Shown here piece by piece: positions 51,915 through 64,000 of a stretch of 64,000 nucleotides of DNA. How positions within the stretch are numbered: position 1 is the stretch's first letter; the number at the start of each line of letters is the position of its first letter. The DNA lies in the NCBI RefSeq assembly GCF_006345805.1, contig NC_042997.1, positions 187,302,001 through 187,366,000 of the forward strand, given 5' to 3'. The notes beneath the pieces were generated by a model. That model was not told the DNA's origin and made no database searches. It saw only the letters and a list, made by a program, of their open reading frames with translations. The stretch comes from Octopus sinensis (Eukaryota). Both the position numbers and the translations under genes were made by a program.

Positions 51915-52790
51915 CTCTCTTTTTCTTTTACTCTTTTACTTGTTTCAGTCATTTGACTGTGGCCATGCTGGAGCACCGCCTTTAGTCGAGCAAATCGCCC
52001 CCAGGACTTATTCTTTATAAGCCTAGTACTTATTCTATCGGTCTCTTCTGCCGAACTGCTAAGTTACAGGAATGTAAACACACCAGCATCAGTTGTGAAG
52101 CGAATTTGGGGGGACAAACACACACACACACATATATACATACCGTAAACCCTCAAGTATAGTCCGCCCTTGAGTATAATACGCAGGGGATTTTTAGAGG
52201 GCTGTACCTCTGAAAAACCTAAACCTTATGTGTAATACGCACCCCTTCTCTAACTTGAGTCAAGGAGATCTATATAACATTCTTGGTTTGTAAAAATGTA
52301 TACGGTAACATCCTTTATTATTATTGTATATATAACATAATGTAAACGTGTAGCTTTTTTGTGCATTTTGTTTGCAGAAAATAAGAAATAACAGTAATAA
52401 CGTTTAATAAATGTTGCTAACTGCAAGTTATGGATGATTAAGGTATTTTCGTGCCCGACATCACAAAATGCATCTGAATAAACATTGCTGGACAGAAAAT
52501 AGAGACTCAGACATTGCTTAGAAAATAATTTTCATTTTTAACCTCGTATATAGTACGCTCTAGGGATTTTGACCTATAAATTTTGGGAACAAAATGCGGA
52601 TTATACTCGAGGATTTATGGTATATACAACGGGCTTCTTTCAGTTTCTGTCTACCAAATCCACTCACAAGGCTTTGGTCGGCCTGAGGCTGTAGTAGAAG
52701 ACACTTACCCAAGGTGCCACGCAGTGCGACTGAACTCGGAACCATGTAGCTGGTAAGCAAGCTACTTGCCACACAGCCACTCCTATGCCT
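51915..52790 (-). mobile_element. SINE family A interrupted by a MITE
   Basis: Tail 51915-52140, head 52623-52790. Confidence 0.85.
52143..52620. mobile_element. Tc1/mariner-superfamily MITE (pogo/Tc2-like TIRs)
   Basis: CCGTAAACCCTCAAGTATA ... TTATACTCGAGGATTTATGG; TA at 52141-42 and 52621-22. Confidence 0.8.
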
Positions 52791-53039
52791 ATAACAATGA
52801 TAGCAATGACAAAAAAAAAGACAAAAAATCCTGACTGAAACTCTAATGACATAACTGCTTTTTTTGCTAAACATAGCAGTCAAATATTCCTCAAAATCAC
52901 AAAGTATCATCAGAAAGGCACTTTGAATATTTTAATGCAGGAATAAACAATGTATGAAAAAATAGCTAGAATGGCCACAGCTGGAATGTCTTTGATCAAC
53001 AGGGCTGACCTGGGACTAAGCATTAACAATAAATGCAAC

Positions 53040-53385
53040 ATTGTGAGTGGATTGGTAGATGGAAACTGAAAGAAGCCCATTGTAAATATATGTATATATA
53101 TATATATAGGTATGTGTGTGTATATGTTTGTGTGTCTGTGTTTGTCCCCCCAACATTGCTTGACAACCGATGGTGGTGGGTTTACATTCCCGTAATTTAG
53201 CGGTTCGGCAAAAGAGACCAATAGAATAAGTACTAGGCAAAAAAGACCGATTGAGTAAGTATTCGGCTTACATTAGGCTTACAAAAAATAAGTCCTGGAG
53301 TCGATTTGCTTGACTAAAGGCGGTGCTCCAGCATGGCCACAGTCATATGACTGAAACAAGTAAAAGAGTAAAAGAGTAAAAGAGA
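53040..53385 (+). mobile_element. SINE family A, head missing
   Basis: Family A body and tail. Confidence 0.85.
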
Positions 53386-54648
53386 GTGGTAACGGTTATT
53401 TAAGAAAGGCCAAAGAAATCTTGTGAGGCATTTTTAGAGCACGATTTTGCAATACAGTATCCATAGAAGTAGTGGCATCTTTTGAATCGTTAATACTGCA
53501 AGGTATTAATGTAACAAGGTAACAATAGCTGCAACAGCAACAACATCAACAGCAGCAGCAACAACAACAACAACAACCAACAAACAGACAGACAGAACAG
53601 AAAGAGAATGCAGCATTTCACTGCAACAGCACCAGCATTGGCAAAATATTAACTGCTGATTATTTCAATGAATTTAAAGAAATACAATCTCATCCACCAC
53701 CACCACCACCCCCAACACCACCACTGCCGCTGCCACCACCACCACTGCCGCTGCCACCACCACCACTGCCGCCACCACCACCACTTCCATACTTGATTCT
53801 CCTCTCCCTTCCACTCCCATCCACTCCACTCCACGCCGCTCCACTCCACTCCACTCTACTCCTGCATCAAGCAAACGATTTTGAAATGCGCAGTAATGAC
53901 ATAAAATGCCGTATGCAACTTATGCAATTTGTAATCTATGATGCACTATATTGCTGCATTTACACCAGCAAAAAAGAATTGCAATAGTGCAGTATCTGTG
54001 ATATTAAAAAAAAACCCAAAGGCAAAAAAAAAAAACAAAAAAAAAAACAAATATAAAAATGGATATGGTGAGAAAAAAGGAAAGAAAGAAAGCTTTCCAT
54101 CTCCTTTTTCTTTTCCCTCTGCAACATATAACGAACGAAACTCAAGACAATAATTGGGTGTTGCATTCTTCGTTATAGTTCATATTTTTTTTTAGGATTT
54201 TTTTTTGTCTTTTGTTGTTCAGCAGTCTGCACAATTTTTTGTATTGCATTGCACAACTGCACCGTGTATTAGGGAATACCATGCAGTATAGTTTACACAG
54301 ATGTATTGGGTGTGCAGACGTCATTCCATGGCGAAGGAGTTTGTTTCACAATAGGCATAGTTCTGGATTTGAATCTATTTTCATGGCACCTTAGACGTGT
54401 TTCTCTTCTTGCCTAAGGTGGTTGTCTCGGACAAAAGCCATATAATTAGAATTTAATCGACAGAAACTGCACTGAAATTTGTGTATTGTGTGTGTTTTAT
54501 GTGTGTATATAATCATCATTTTCCATGCTTGCATGAATCAGAAAAAGCATTGTCCTTTGTCCTTCCTAAATACACACATATATACATATATATATATGTA
54601 TATATTACATATATATACATATATATACATATATATATATACATATAA

Positions 54649-54768
<120 letters not shown>

Positions 54769-55706
54769 CACACACACACATACATATAAACATATATGCA
54801 TAGGTGAAATGCTTTGCGATATTTCGTCTGTCTTTATGTTCTGAGTTCAAACTTTTAGGTCATGCTATTGAAAAAAAAACACATTATTTATGGGATGACC
54901 CAAAATATGCATGTATAAATGTGTGTGCATATATGTGTATGTATATGTATGTATGTATATATGTATATGTATGTGTATATGTATGTGTATATATATCTAT
55001 GTATATATATGAATGTGTGTATAAATATATATATATATATATTAGTTATATTATTTTCATCGGCAAACTTAGTAATGTTTTTTATTTAACAATATTATTT
55101 AACTTTTGAATTGTATTAAGTTTGATTATTATTATTGTTATTATTATTGTTGTTAAAATATTAATTTTATATATAATTTCTTGATAATTATTAGTTATGA
55201 TATGTATATCTATTTATTTATTATGCTTTATTATTATTTTATAATGTGATTTAACGTATTACATATAATTTAATTTGAGAATTAGTTTTGTAAGACAATA
55301 CATTATTTAATAATTAGGTGATATATTTATTATGTAGTATTACGTTTAAGTAAATTAGTTTTATATTAATTTATATTTTGGTCAACTATATTATTGAGTA
55401 AAATATTAAATCTATAGATACTACATATACATTAATAATATAGTTAGTTTATCTAATAGGTGTGTATATATTTGAACCATTTCCTATTTTTAATTCCAAT
55501 ATTTATAGCTTGTACTAACATTATATATATTACTTAACATTAAGGTTTTTAATATAAATTACTTAATCAATATAAGATTTTATTTAGATGTTTATTTAAT
55601 ATATTAATTAATTAATAATTTAATTTAATGTATATAGTTTAAATTATAGTATTTAGTTTTCACTTAACGTATATTTTGTATTTGATATATATATATATAT
55701 AATATA

Positions 55707-55957
55707 TATGCCGGTGGCACATAAAATACACCAATCTGACCGTGGCCGTTGCCAGCCCCGCCTGGCACCTGTGCAGGTGGCACATAAAAAGCACCCACTA
55801 CACTCACGGAGTGGTTGGCGTTAGGAAGGGCATCCAGCTGTAGAAACATTGCCAGATTAGACTGGAGCCTGGTGCAGCCTTCTGGCTTCCCAGAACCCCG
55901 GTCGAACCGTCCAACCCATGCTAGCATGGAGAACGGACGTTAAACGACGATGATGAT
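55707..55957 (+). mobile_element. RTE family D 3' end in (TA)n
   Basis: One unit plus tail; (TA)n on both sides. Confidence 0.88.
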
Positions 55958-56113
55958 ATATATATATATATATATTTGTTTTAAATAATTTAATTAATTG
56001 TATCATATTTTTTAAACAAGAATATATTTGTTAAGATATTTCGTATTTTACAAGATTATTTACGTATATTTATTAATTTATCTAATTAATTATTTTATTA
56101 TTGTTGTTATCTT

Positions 56114-56217
56114 TAACCTGAAGAGTGGCTATATTTATATTGAAGTGATTTTACTACTACTACTATTATTTATACTATTATCATTTCTTAAATATAGCCA
56201 CAAAACACGTGTTGTTA
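56114..56217 (+). ncRNA. hammerhead-like motif with 13-bp helix II and 51-nt loop
   Basis: TAAC-CTGAAGA-GTGGCTATATTTA...TAAATATAGCCAC-AAAA-CACGTG-TT-GTTA; G12 appears as A. Confidence 0.65.
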
Positions 56218-56374
56218 TTCTACCAAATATATATGTTTTATTTATTATTTTGCACATTACTTAATCATCATTATATGCTTTATCTTATATTTAATCTTTC
56301 TATTATATGTAATTTTTCTAAATGGTATAATTTAATTTTTCATTTTTGAATTGATAAAAGGTGGTTTCTTTCTA

Positions 56375-56436
<62 letters not shown>

Positions 56437-56439
56437 TGT

Positions 56440-56728
56440 GATGGCGTTGGTTTAGTGGTTAGGGTGTTGCACTTACAATTGTGAGATCGTAGGTTCAATT
56501 CCCAAACTGGGTGTTGCATTGTTGTGTTCTTGAACAAAGTATTTCACTTTACGTTACTCCACAATCATTTTGACATCTGACATATGGCACCAGGTTGCAC
56601 CTGTACAGGTAATGTCAATTTGATGGAAGGAGTGATATTATGTCTACACAAACATTTAATCACTATAAACAAATCATCAGTGTGGTTGTTTGGTAAGAAA
56701 TTGTTGAACCCTCATATGTCATCTAATG
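56440..56728 (+). mobile_element. SINE family B variant
   Basis: GGTTTAGTGG..GGTTCAATTCCC..TTGTGTTCTTGAACAAAG. Confidence 0.75.
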
Positions 56729-56738
56729 AAAGGAGAAT

Positions 56739-56797
<59 letters not shown>

Positions 56798-56819
56798 GTT
56801 ATTATTATATATATAACAT

Positions 56820-57568
56820 CATCATCATCATCATCATTATCGTCGTTGTTGTCGTTTAATGTCCACTTTCCATGCTGGCATGATTTAGACGATTTGACTG
56901 AGGACTGGTGATCCAGAAGGCTGCACCAGGCTCAATCTGGCAAAGTTTTTACAGCTGGATGCCCTTCCTAATGCCAACCACTCAGAGTGTAGTGAGTGGT
57001 TTTAGATGCCACCGGCACGAGGGCCAGTCAGGCGGTTCTGGCAATGACCATGCTCAAAATGTGTTTTTTACATGCTATCTGCACAGGATCCAGTCTGGTG
57101 GCTCTGGCAATCACCACGCACGAATGTTGTTTTTCATGTGCCACCGAATGGTGCTTTTTACATACCACCAGCACAGGAGCCAATCTGTGACCCTGGCAAT
57201 GATCATGCTTGATGTGCTTTTAACATTTCACTGGCATGAGTGCCAATCAGGTGGTACTGTCATTGGCCATGTTAGCGATTTTGATTTTGATTTTACTTGC
57301 CTCAATAGGTCTTTGCAAGCAAAGTTTATTGTCCTGTGAATAAGGGATATTCATAAGTGGGCTGGTTACACCCACTGGCATAGGCCAAGGGCTATAGTCT
57401 CACTTGGCTTGTCGGGTCTTCTCAAGCAAAGCATATCTCCAAAGGTCTCGGTCACTAGTCATTGCCTCGGTAAGGCCTAATGTTCAAAGGTTGTGCTTCA
57501 CCACCTCATCCCAGGTTTTCCTGGGTCTACCTCTTCCACAGATTCCCTCAACTTCCAGGGTGTGACAG
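56820..57568 (-). mobile_element. RTE LINE 3' end including ORF2 C-terminus, tandem array and tail
   Basis: CHTLEVEGICGRGRPRKTWDEVVKHNL*TLGLTEAMTSDRDLWRYALLEKTRQAK* (stop 57400-57402), contiguous with the family D array and tail. Confidence 0.85.
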
Positions 57569-58654
57569 AATAGTATTGACAACGGCTTTGAAGGGTTTTG
57601 TCCAGCTAAACCAACCGACACTTCGAAGTCACTGTCCATGCTACTCTTGTTAAAAAATAATAAATTTGTATTCTTCCAAAAGTATTGAATAATTCTTCAT
57701 ATATAGGATGATGGTTGTGTTGGTGATGAGGATGATGGTGATGATGATGATGGTGGTGGTGGTGGTGGGGGATGGCAGTGGTGGTGATGGTGATGATGAT
57801 AATGATGATGATGATGATGATGATGATAGTGATGGTGGCAGTAGTGGTGGTCATAGTGGTGGCTGTGGCAGTGGTAGTGATGATGGAGATGATGATAATG
57901 ATGATGATGATGATGGGGGAGAAGGACAATCTATCGGCAAAGCAAGTGATCATGTTGTCTTCAAGTGTAGTTATTTCGAGATTAAACTGAGCATTTAACA
58001 TGTTTCCTTAGTTCGGCCTACTGTCAGCTGTAGTATATAAACTAACCACACACACATGCCATGTATATCATACCAATTACATCTCCCTCTCTCTCTCTCT
58101 CTCTCTCCCTCCTTTTCTCTTTATTTCAATTCCACTGTGTCACATATCCCAAACCAATGATTGCAAACCTTTTTATAGCCGGCCGTGTTGAAATTTTAAT
58201 TTCTTTAATAATCTTATTATTGCAGTGTCACTTCTCTATATATATATAACTGTCTCTTAGTATTTAGGTAAATGCTTGGAGATAAACATCTTTCCCTTTT
58301 TTTATTTTTTTATAAAAGGACATTGCAGGAACCTTTTATTGGTTTTTTTTTACCCAACTTTTTTTCCAAAGTCCATTGCATGTCACCAAAAACTGTGGCG
58401 TGTCACTGTTGACATGTGTGTCACAGGTTCCCCTTTGCCTGTTCTGGTCCCCTCTGCTGACATTTCTCCAGAACGTGAATGTTTTTTTGAGTTCCTTTCT
58501 CATTGGTCTCTTTCTCTGTCTGCCTGACTGCCTGTCTCTGTCTCTGTTTTTCTGTGTCTCTCTACACACAAATTTAGATATAATGTATATATACATATAC
58601 ATACATATGTGTGTGTATGTGTGTGTGTGTGTTTGTATGTGTGTGTGTTTGTGT

Positions 58655-59865
<1,211 letters not shown>

Positions 59866-60536
59866 AATGATGTTAAAGGGAGCAGAGCAAGGTGAAGTGA
59901 AAGAGTTCTGTGTTGTGATGTGATGTGACCATGACTTTTGATGAAGATGGATGGCTTGCTCCCCACTCTACTCCATATATTTCAGCACTGGTAACATGAT
60001 GATGCAAACTGTTAACTTTAACCAGACTAATGTATTTTCAGAATATAGCTACTCTGATAGCCATTTTGCAGAAACACTTGTAAATCGACAGAGGAAATCT
60101 GTTTTTCTATTCTTCTTGGTATGCTATCTCTGAGACAGCTTAAAGTTAGTTTAACTATGGACAAAGATAAAATGTCTGAATGTAGTCACTATAGTTTATT
60201 TCATTCATAATTACTCTTCTAAGTCCAAAGGTACCGTTGACTGTTTTTTGTATTGTAGATTACCATGATAGTGCATACTCTGTAAGAGCATTTGTTAGAG
60301 CATAACTGAGAAAAACCAAAAAATTCTTTATTATGTTTAACCTTTTACAGCTCTGGTTAGTCTAAAGCTAGACTGTCTAAAGCCAGTCATGGCTATCAGA
60401 CAATTTCTGCAATCACATCACCCCTAACATCTGGCCACCCTGCATATATACATATATATACCATACCAGAATGGAAAACAGATGTTAAACGATGATGATG
60501 ATGATGATGATGATGATGATAATGATGATATATATA

Positions 60537-61805
60537 CAAGGTGCGATGTGTAAATTTTTGCCATTTTATATTTTTAATTTCGTGCATGTACATTGTTTGT
60601 TTTTGATTTTGTTGACTACACAGTATAGTAGGGTCAGTTGGGCACTGTCTGTGAAAAAAAAAAGCACCATGACACAATTCACTCTGCCAAAAATTTGGAA
60701 ACCATATCCTGTACTGCTTGGCATTCATGCTGGAAGCTCAAATACGAACATTTCAGAGTTTTTGAGTGTCAATGTGAGGACAGTGAAGAAGATTCAGAAA
60801 GCGTTGGATGAGTGTAATGGTAATGACAAAGGTATGGCAATTCAGAAATCTCACTCGGATCTTTCTGATAGAAAAGAACTCCTAAATTTGTTGGTGAGAT
60901 CCAGGCCATGATTCACAACGATTCCTTCAAGTCAATCAGGTCCATCACCAGGGTTATGGGAGTGTCTGGGTTTCTTAACAGGCAGGTAGTGCATAAAGAC
61001 ATTTGGTATTCTTTTCCCAAGGACAAGAGGAAAGCCTGTGGTACGAAGCTTTTAAACAAACTCAAGCATCCCCTCCAACTGAACATACTTTGGTCTTTCT
61101 CAGATAAGAAAAATTTTTGCCAGGATCAGATGGTGAACACACAGAAAAATCATTGGCTTACCATGTACTCAAAACATGCACCAAGAGTGATAGAAATCGA
61201 ACATCCAGTCAACATCATGGTGTTTGGAGTGATCACTTGTGATGGCGATATTATACCTCCATTCATCTTCTTGTACGGCCTCAGACTCAACACAGAGGCC
61301 TACATCAATTGCCTGGAGGAGGTAGTGCTGCCTTGGGTCAAGAGGGCGATTGCTGGAAGACCCTGTGTCCGGCAACAGGACTCTGCACCATGCCACACAA
61401 GCAAGAGAAGCCAGTCATGGCTGTCAGACAATTTCTGCAATCACATCACCCCTAACATCTGGCCACCCTAATATCCCCAGACTACAACCCCTTTGGTTAT
61501 AATGTGTGGGGCACAGTTGAGTGAAAAACCAACAAAACTCCTTGTAACACCAAAAATGAACTGAAGGCAAGATTATGGCCGCATTCACTAACTTAAACAA
61601 GGAGACCATTTAGAATAGTTGCAGGAGATTCCAAAGTTGTCTGGAGGCTGTGGTTGACGCCAATGGTGATTTTATTTAATAAATTTACCCTCTAGTATTT
61701 CAAGATATTTTTATAAAATTTTGATAAATATATTTGTTAAAATGAGATGTTTGTGTTATTTTCATTTTTGTGTAATTTAGACGACAATTTATTCACCACA
61801 CCCTG
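60537..61805 (+). mobile_element. maT-family (DD37D) DNA transposon, near full length, frameshifted
   Basis: Ends CAAGGTG...CACCCTG with TA flanks; WSFSDKK, QQDSAPCH, WPP..D.NP (37 residues between 2nd and 3rd D after frameshift repair). Confidence 0.85.
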
Positions 61806-61836
<31 letters not shown>

Positions 61837-61849
61837 ATACTTATTCATT

Positions 61850-62078
61850 TATGCGTGTGTGTCTGTGTTTGTGTTTGTCACCCCACCATTGCTTGACAAC
61901 TGATGTTGGTGTGTTTATGTCCCTGTAACTTAGCAGTTTGGCAAAAGAGACTGATAGAATAAGTATGAGGCTTACAAAGAATAAGTCCTGGGGTTGATTT
62001 GTTTAACTAAGACTCTTCAGGGAATTGCTCCAGCATGGCCACAGTCAATTGACTGAAACATGTAAAAGAATTAAAGAG
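61850..62078 (+). mobile_element. SINE family A tail
   Basis: Family A tail. Confidence 0.8.
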
Positions 62079-62351
62079 GTCAATACTAGAAACCTTCTGT
62101 TGTGCCGCAGAGGAATTACAAGATAGGAAAAACTATAAATATTTTAGAACTGATGAGGGTTTTATGAGCACTCAGCATTAAATTGAAATCTTTCCATTAA
62201 AAAATATAACGAGCCCCTTCCTCAGAACTAACTCCCTTTCTGTTTTGTTGGAACTGGGATAAACTTTATGACGCAATGAAATTCTCTAGTAAATGAGGAA
62301 ATTTCTTTGTGGTTGGTCACGTGAGCCAGCCCAATTTACATCATATCACAT

Positions 62352-62770
62352 ACTCTTTTACTTGTTTCAGTCATTTGACTGTGGCCATGCTGGAGCACTG
62401 CCTTTAGTCGAGCAAATCGACCCCAGGACTTATTCTTTGTAAGCCTAGTACTTATTCTATCGTCCTTTTTTGCCGAAGAACTGCTAAGTTACGGGGACAT
62501 AAACACACCAGCATTGGTTGTCGAGTGATGGTGAGAGGGATACAAACACAGACACACATACACACACACACGCACATATATATACATATACACACATATA
62601 CATATATACAACGGGCTTCTTTCAGTTTCCGTCTACCAAATCCACTCACAAGGCTTTGGTCAGTCTGAAGCTATAGTAGAAGACACTTGACCAAGGTACC
62701 ACACAGTGGGACTGAACTCGGAACCATGTGGTTGGTAAGCTAGCTACTTACCACGCAGCCACCTCCTGCA
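62352..62770 (-). mobile_element. SINE family A
   Basis: Full copy. Confidence 0.9.
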
Positions 62771-62994
62771 CCTTCAAAGGACGAGTGAACAAATCATGTA
62801 ATGTAGTTATAGATATTCATTAAAAGAAGTGGTGGTCATAACTGGAGTGTCTTTTATCATAGCACTGTTTGCAGAGGGTTAACTCAACACAGCAACAAAT
62901 AATTTGCTGATGATAAAAAAAGATAATAAAGTGTTAGCATTTTTCAGTAATGTAATCTCAAGTTTTTTTTCTTTTTTTGTCCAGTTTACTCTCT

Positions 62995-63372
62995 CTCTTA
63001 CTCTCTTTTACTTGTTTCAGTCATTTGACTGCGGCCATGCTGGAGCACCACCTTTAGTCGAGCAAATCAACCCCAGGACTTATTCTTTGTAAGTCTTATT
63101 CTCTTTTTGCCGAACCAGCAAACACACCAGCATCGGTTGTCAAGCAATGCTAGGGGGACAAACACAGACACACAAACACATACATACATATATATATATA
63201 TACATATATACGACAGGCTTCTTTCAGTTTCCGTCTACCAAATCCACTCACAAGGCTTTGGTCGGCCTGGGGCTATAGCAGAAGACACTTGCCCAAGATG
63301 CCACACAGTGGGCCTGAACCCAGAACCATGTGGCTGGTTAGCAAGCTACTTACCACACAGCCACTCCTACGC
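62995..63372 (-). mobile_element. SINE family A
   Basis: Full copy with a small internal deletion. Confidence 0.9.
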
Positions 63373-64000
63373 CTACACATATTTTATTATATTTTATCAT
63401 TATATTTTATCATTATACTTTTAAAATTCTGTCTGGAACTTTAAACATTTCATGTATCAACATTAATATTTTAACTTGTCCTTTTTCTCTACTGCTATTG
63501 CTCGGATGTGTGTCTGATGTATAGCATATTGTTAATTGTATTAATCTTTGGTCATTTTCTTTTCTTTCTTTTTTTTTTTTTTGCCTCTGTGACCCACTGC
63601 CCTGAAATCTGACCTTGTTACTTCTTCCTATGTCTTCTTCAGCAGTATTCTTTCACAGATATCTTCCACTGACAGCGCACAACACTTTTCACCTAGAAAT
63701 CATTCATTCTCCATTCACATCACACAGCCATGATCACTGCGGATACTTCTCCAGCGACATTTTGACTGATGCCTTTATTATTATTATTATTATTATTATC
63801 ATCCAGCCACTCTCTCAGTTCACTTAATACTATCCATGATGTGGCCTTATTCAATAATGGACTGGGAATAATTATGCCACTAATGTTTTACTTAATGGCA
63901 TTAGTAGCAGAAGTGAAGTGAGATGGTTTTAACCTGGAATCAAAAGTCAGGCACATATTTGGCTAGCTGGAAGCTTAGTCCGACGTTCTATAAACATACA

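Noticed and set aside
55045-56380. Mitochondrial insertion (NUMT)
   Set aside because: No recognisable mitochondrial tRNA, rRNA or ORF motif
59951-60133. Possible small exon(s) with AG/GT signals
   Set aside because: No recognisable protein; such signals are common in AT-rich DNA
62146-62205. CTGATGAG...GAAATC possible hammerhead
   Set aside because: Helix II is poor and helix III is not palindromic or paired

Overview
AT-rich animal genomic DNA, saturated with microsatellites and transposon remnants. The SINE families and microsatellite density resemble a coleoid cephalopod (octopus) genome; this is inferred by recognition, not by a database search. I cannot support any host protein-coding gene, real tRNA/rRNA gene or CRISPR array, and almost all listed ORFs are microsatellite read-throughs. 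Contents: (1) a 5'-truncated but largely readable R4/Dong-type non-LTR retrotransposon (RT + CCHC finger + RLE endonuclease, ~31160-33967), plus 3' ends of several other Dong-like subfamilies, nearly all sitting in (TAA)n tracts; (2) many 3' ends of an RTE-type LINE whose 3' UTR carries a variable-copy ~60-bp hairpin tandem array; (3) three tRNA-derived SINE families; (4) mariner, maT (DD37D), hAT, pogo-like and TTAA-flanked DNA transposon remnants; (5) long fold-back palindromes. The most striking unannotated signal is a set of at least seven hammerhead-ribozyme-like motifs from several unrelated short non-coding repeats. Three of them have unusually long helix-II extensions, and none is next to a Penelope ORF. 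Boundaries of degenerate repeats are approximate.
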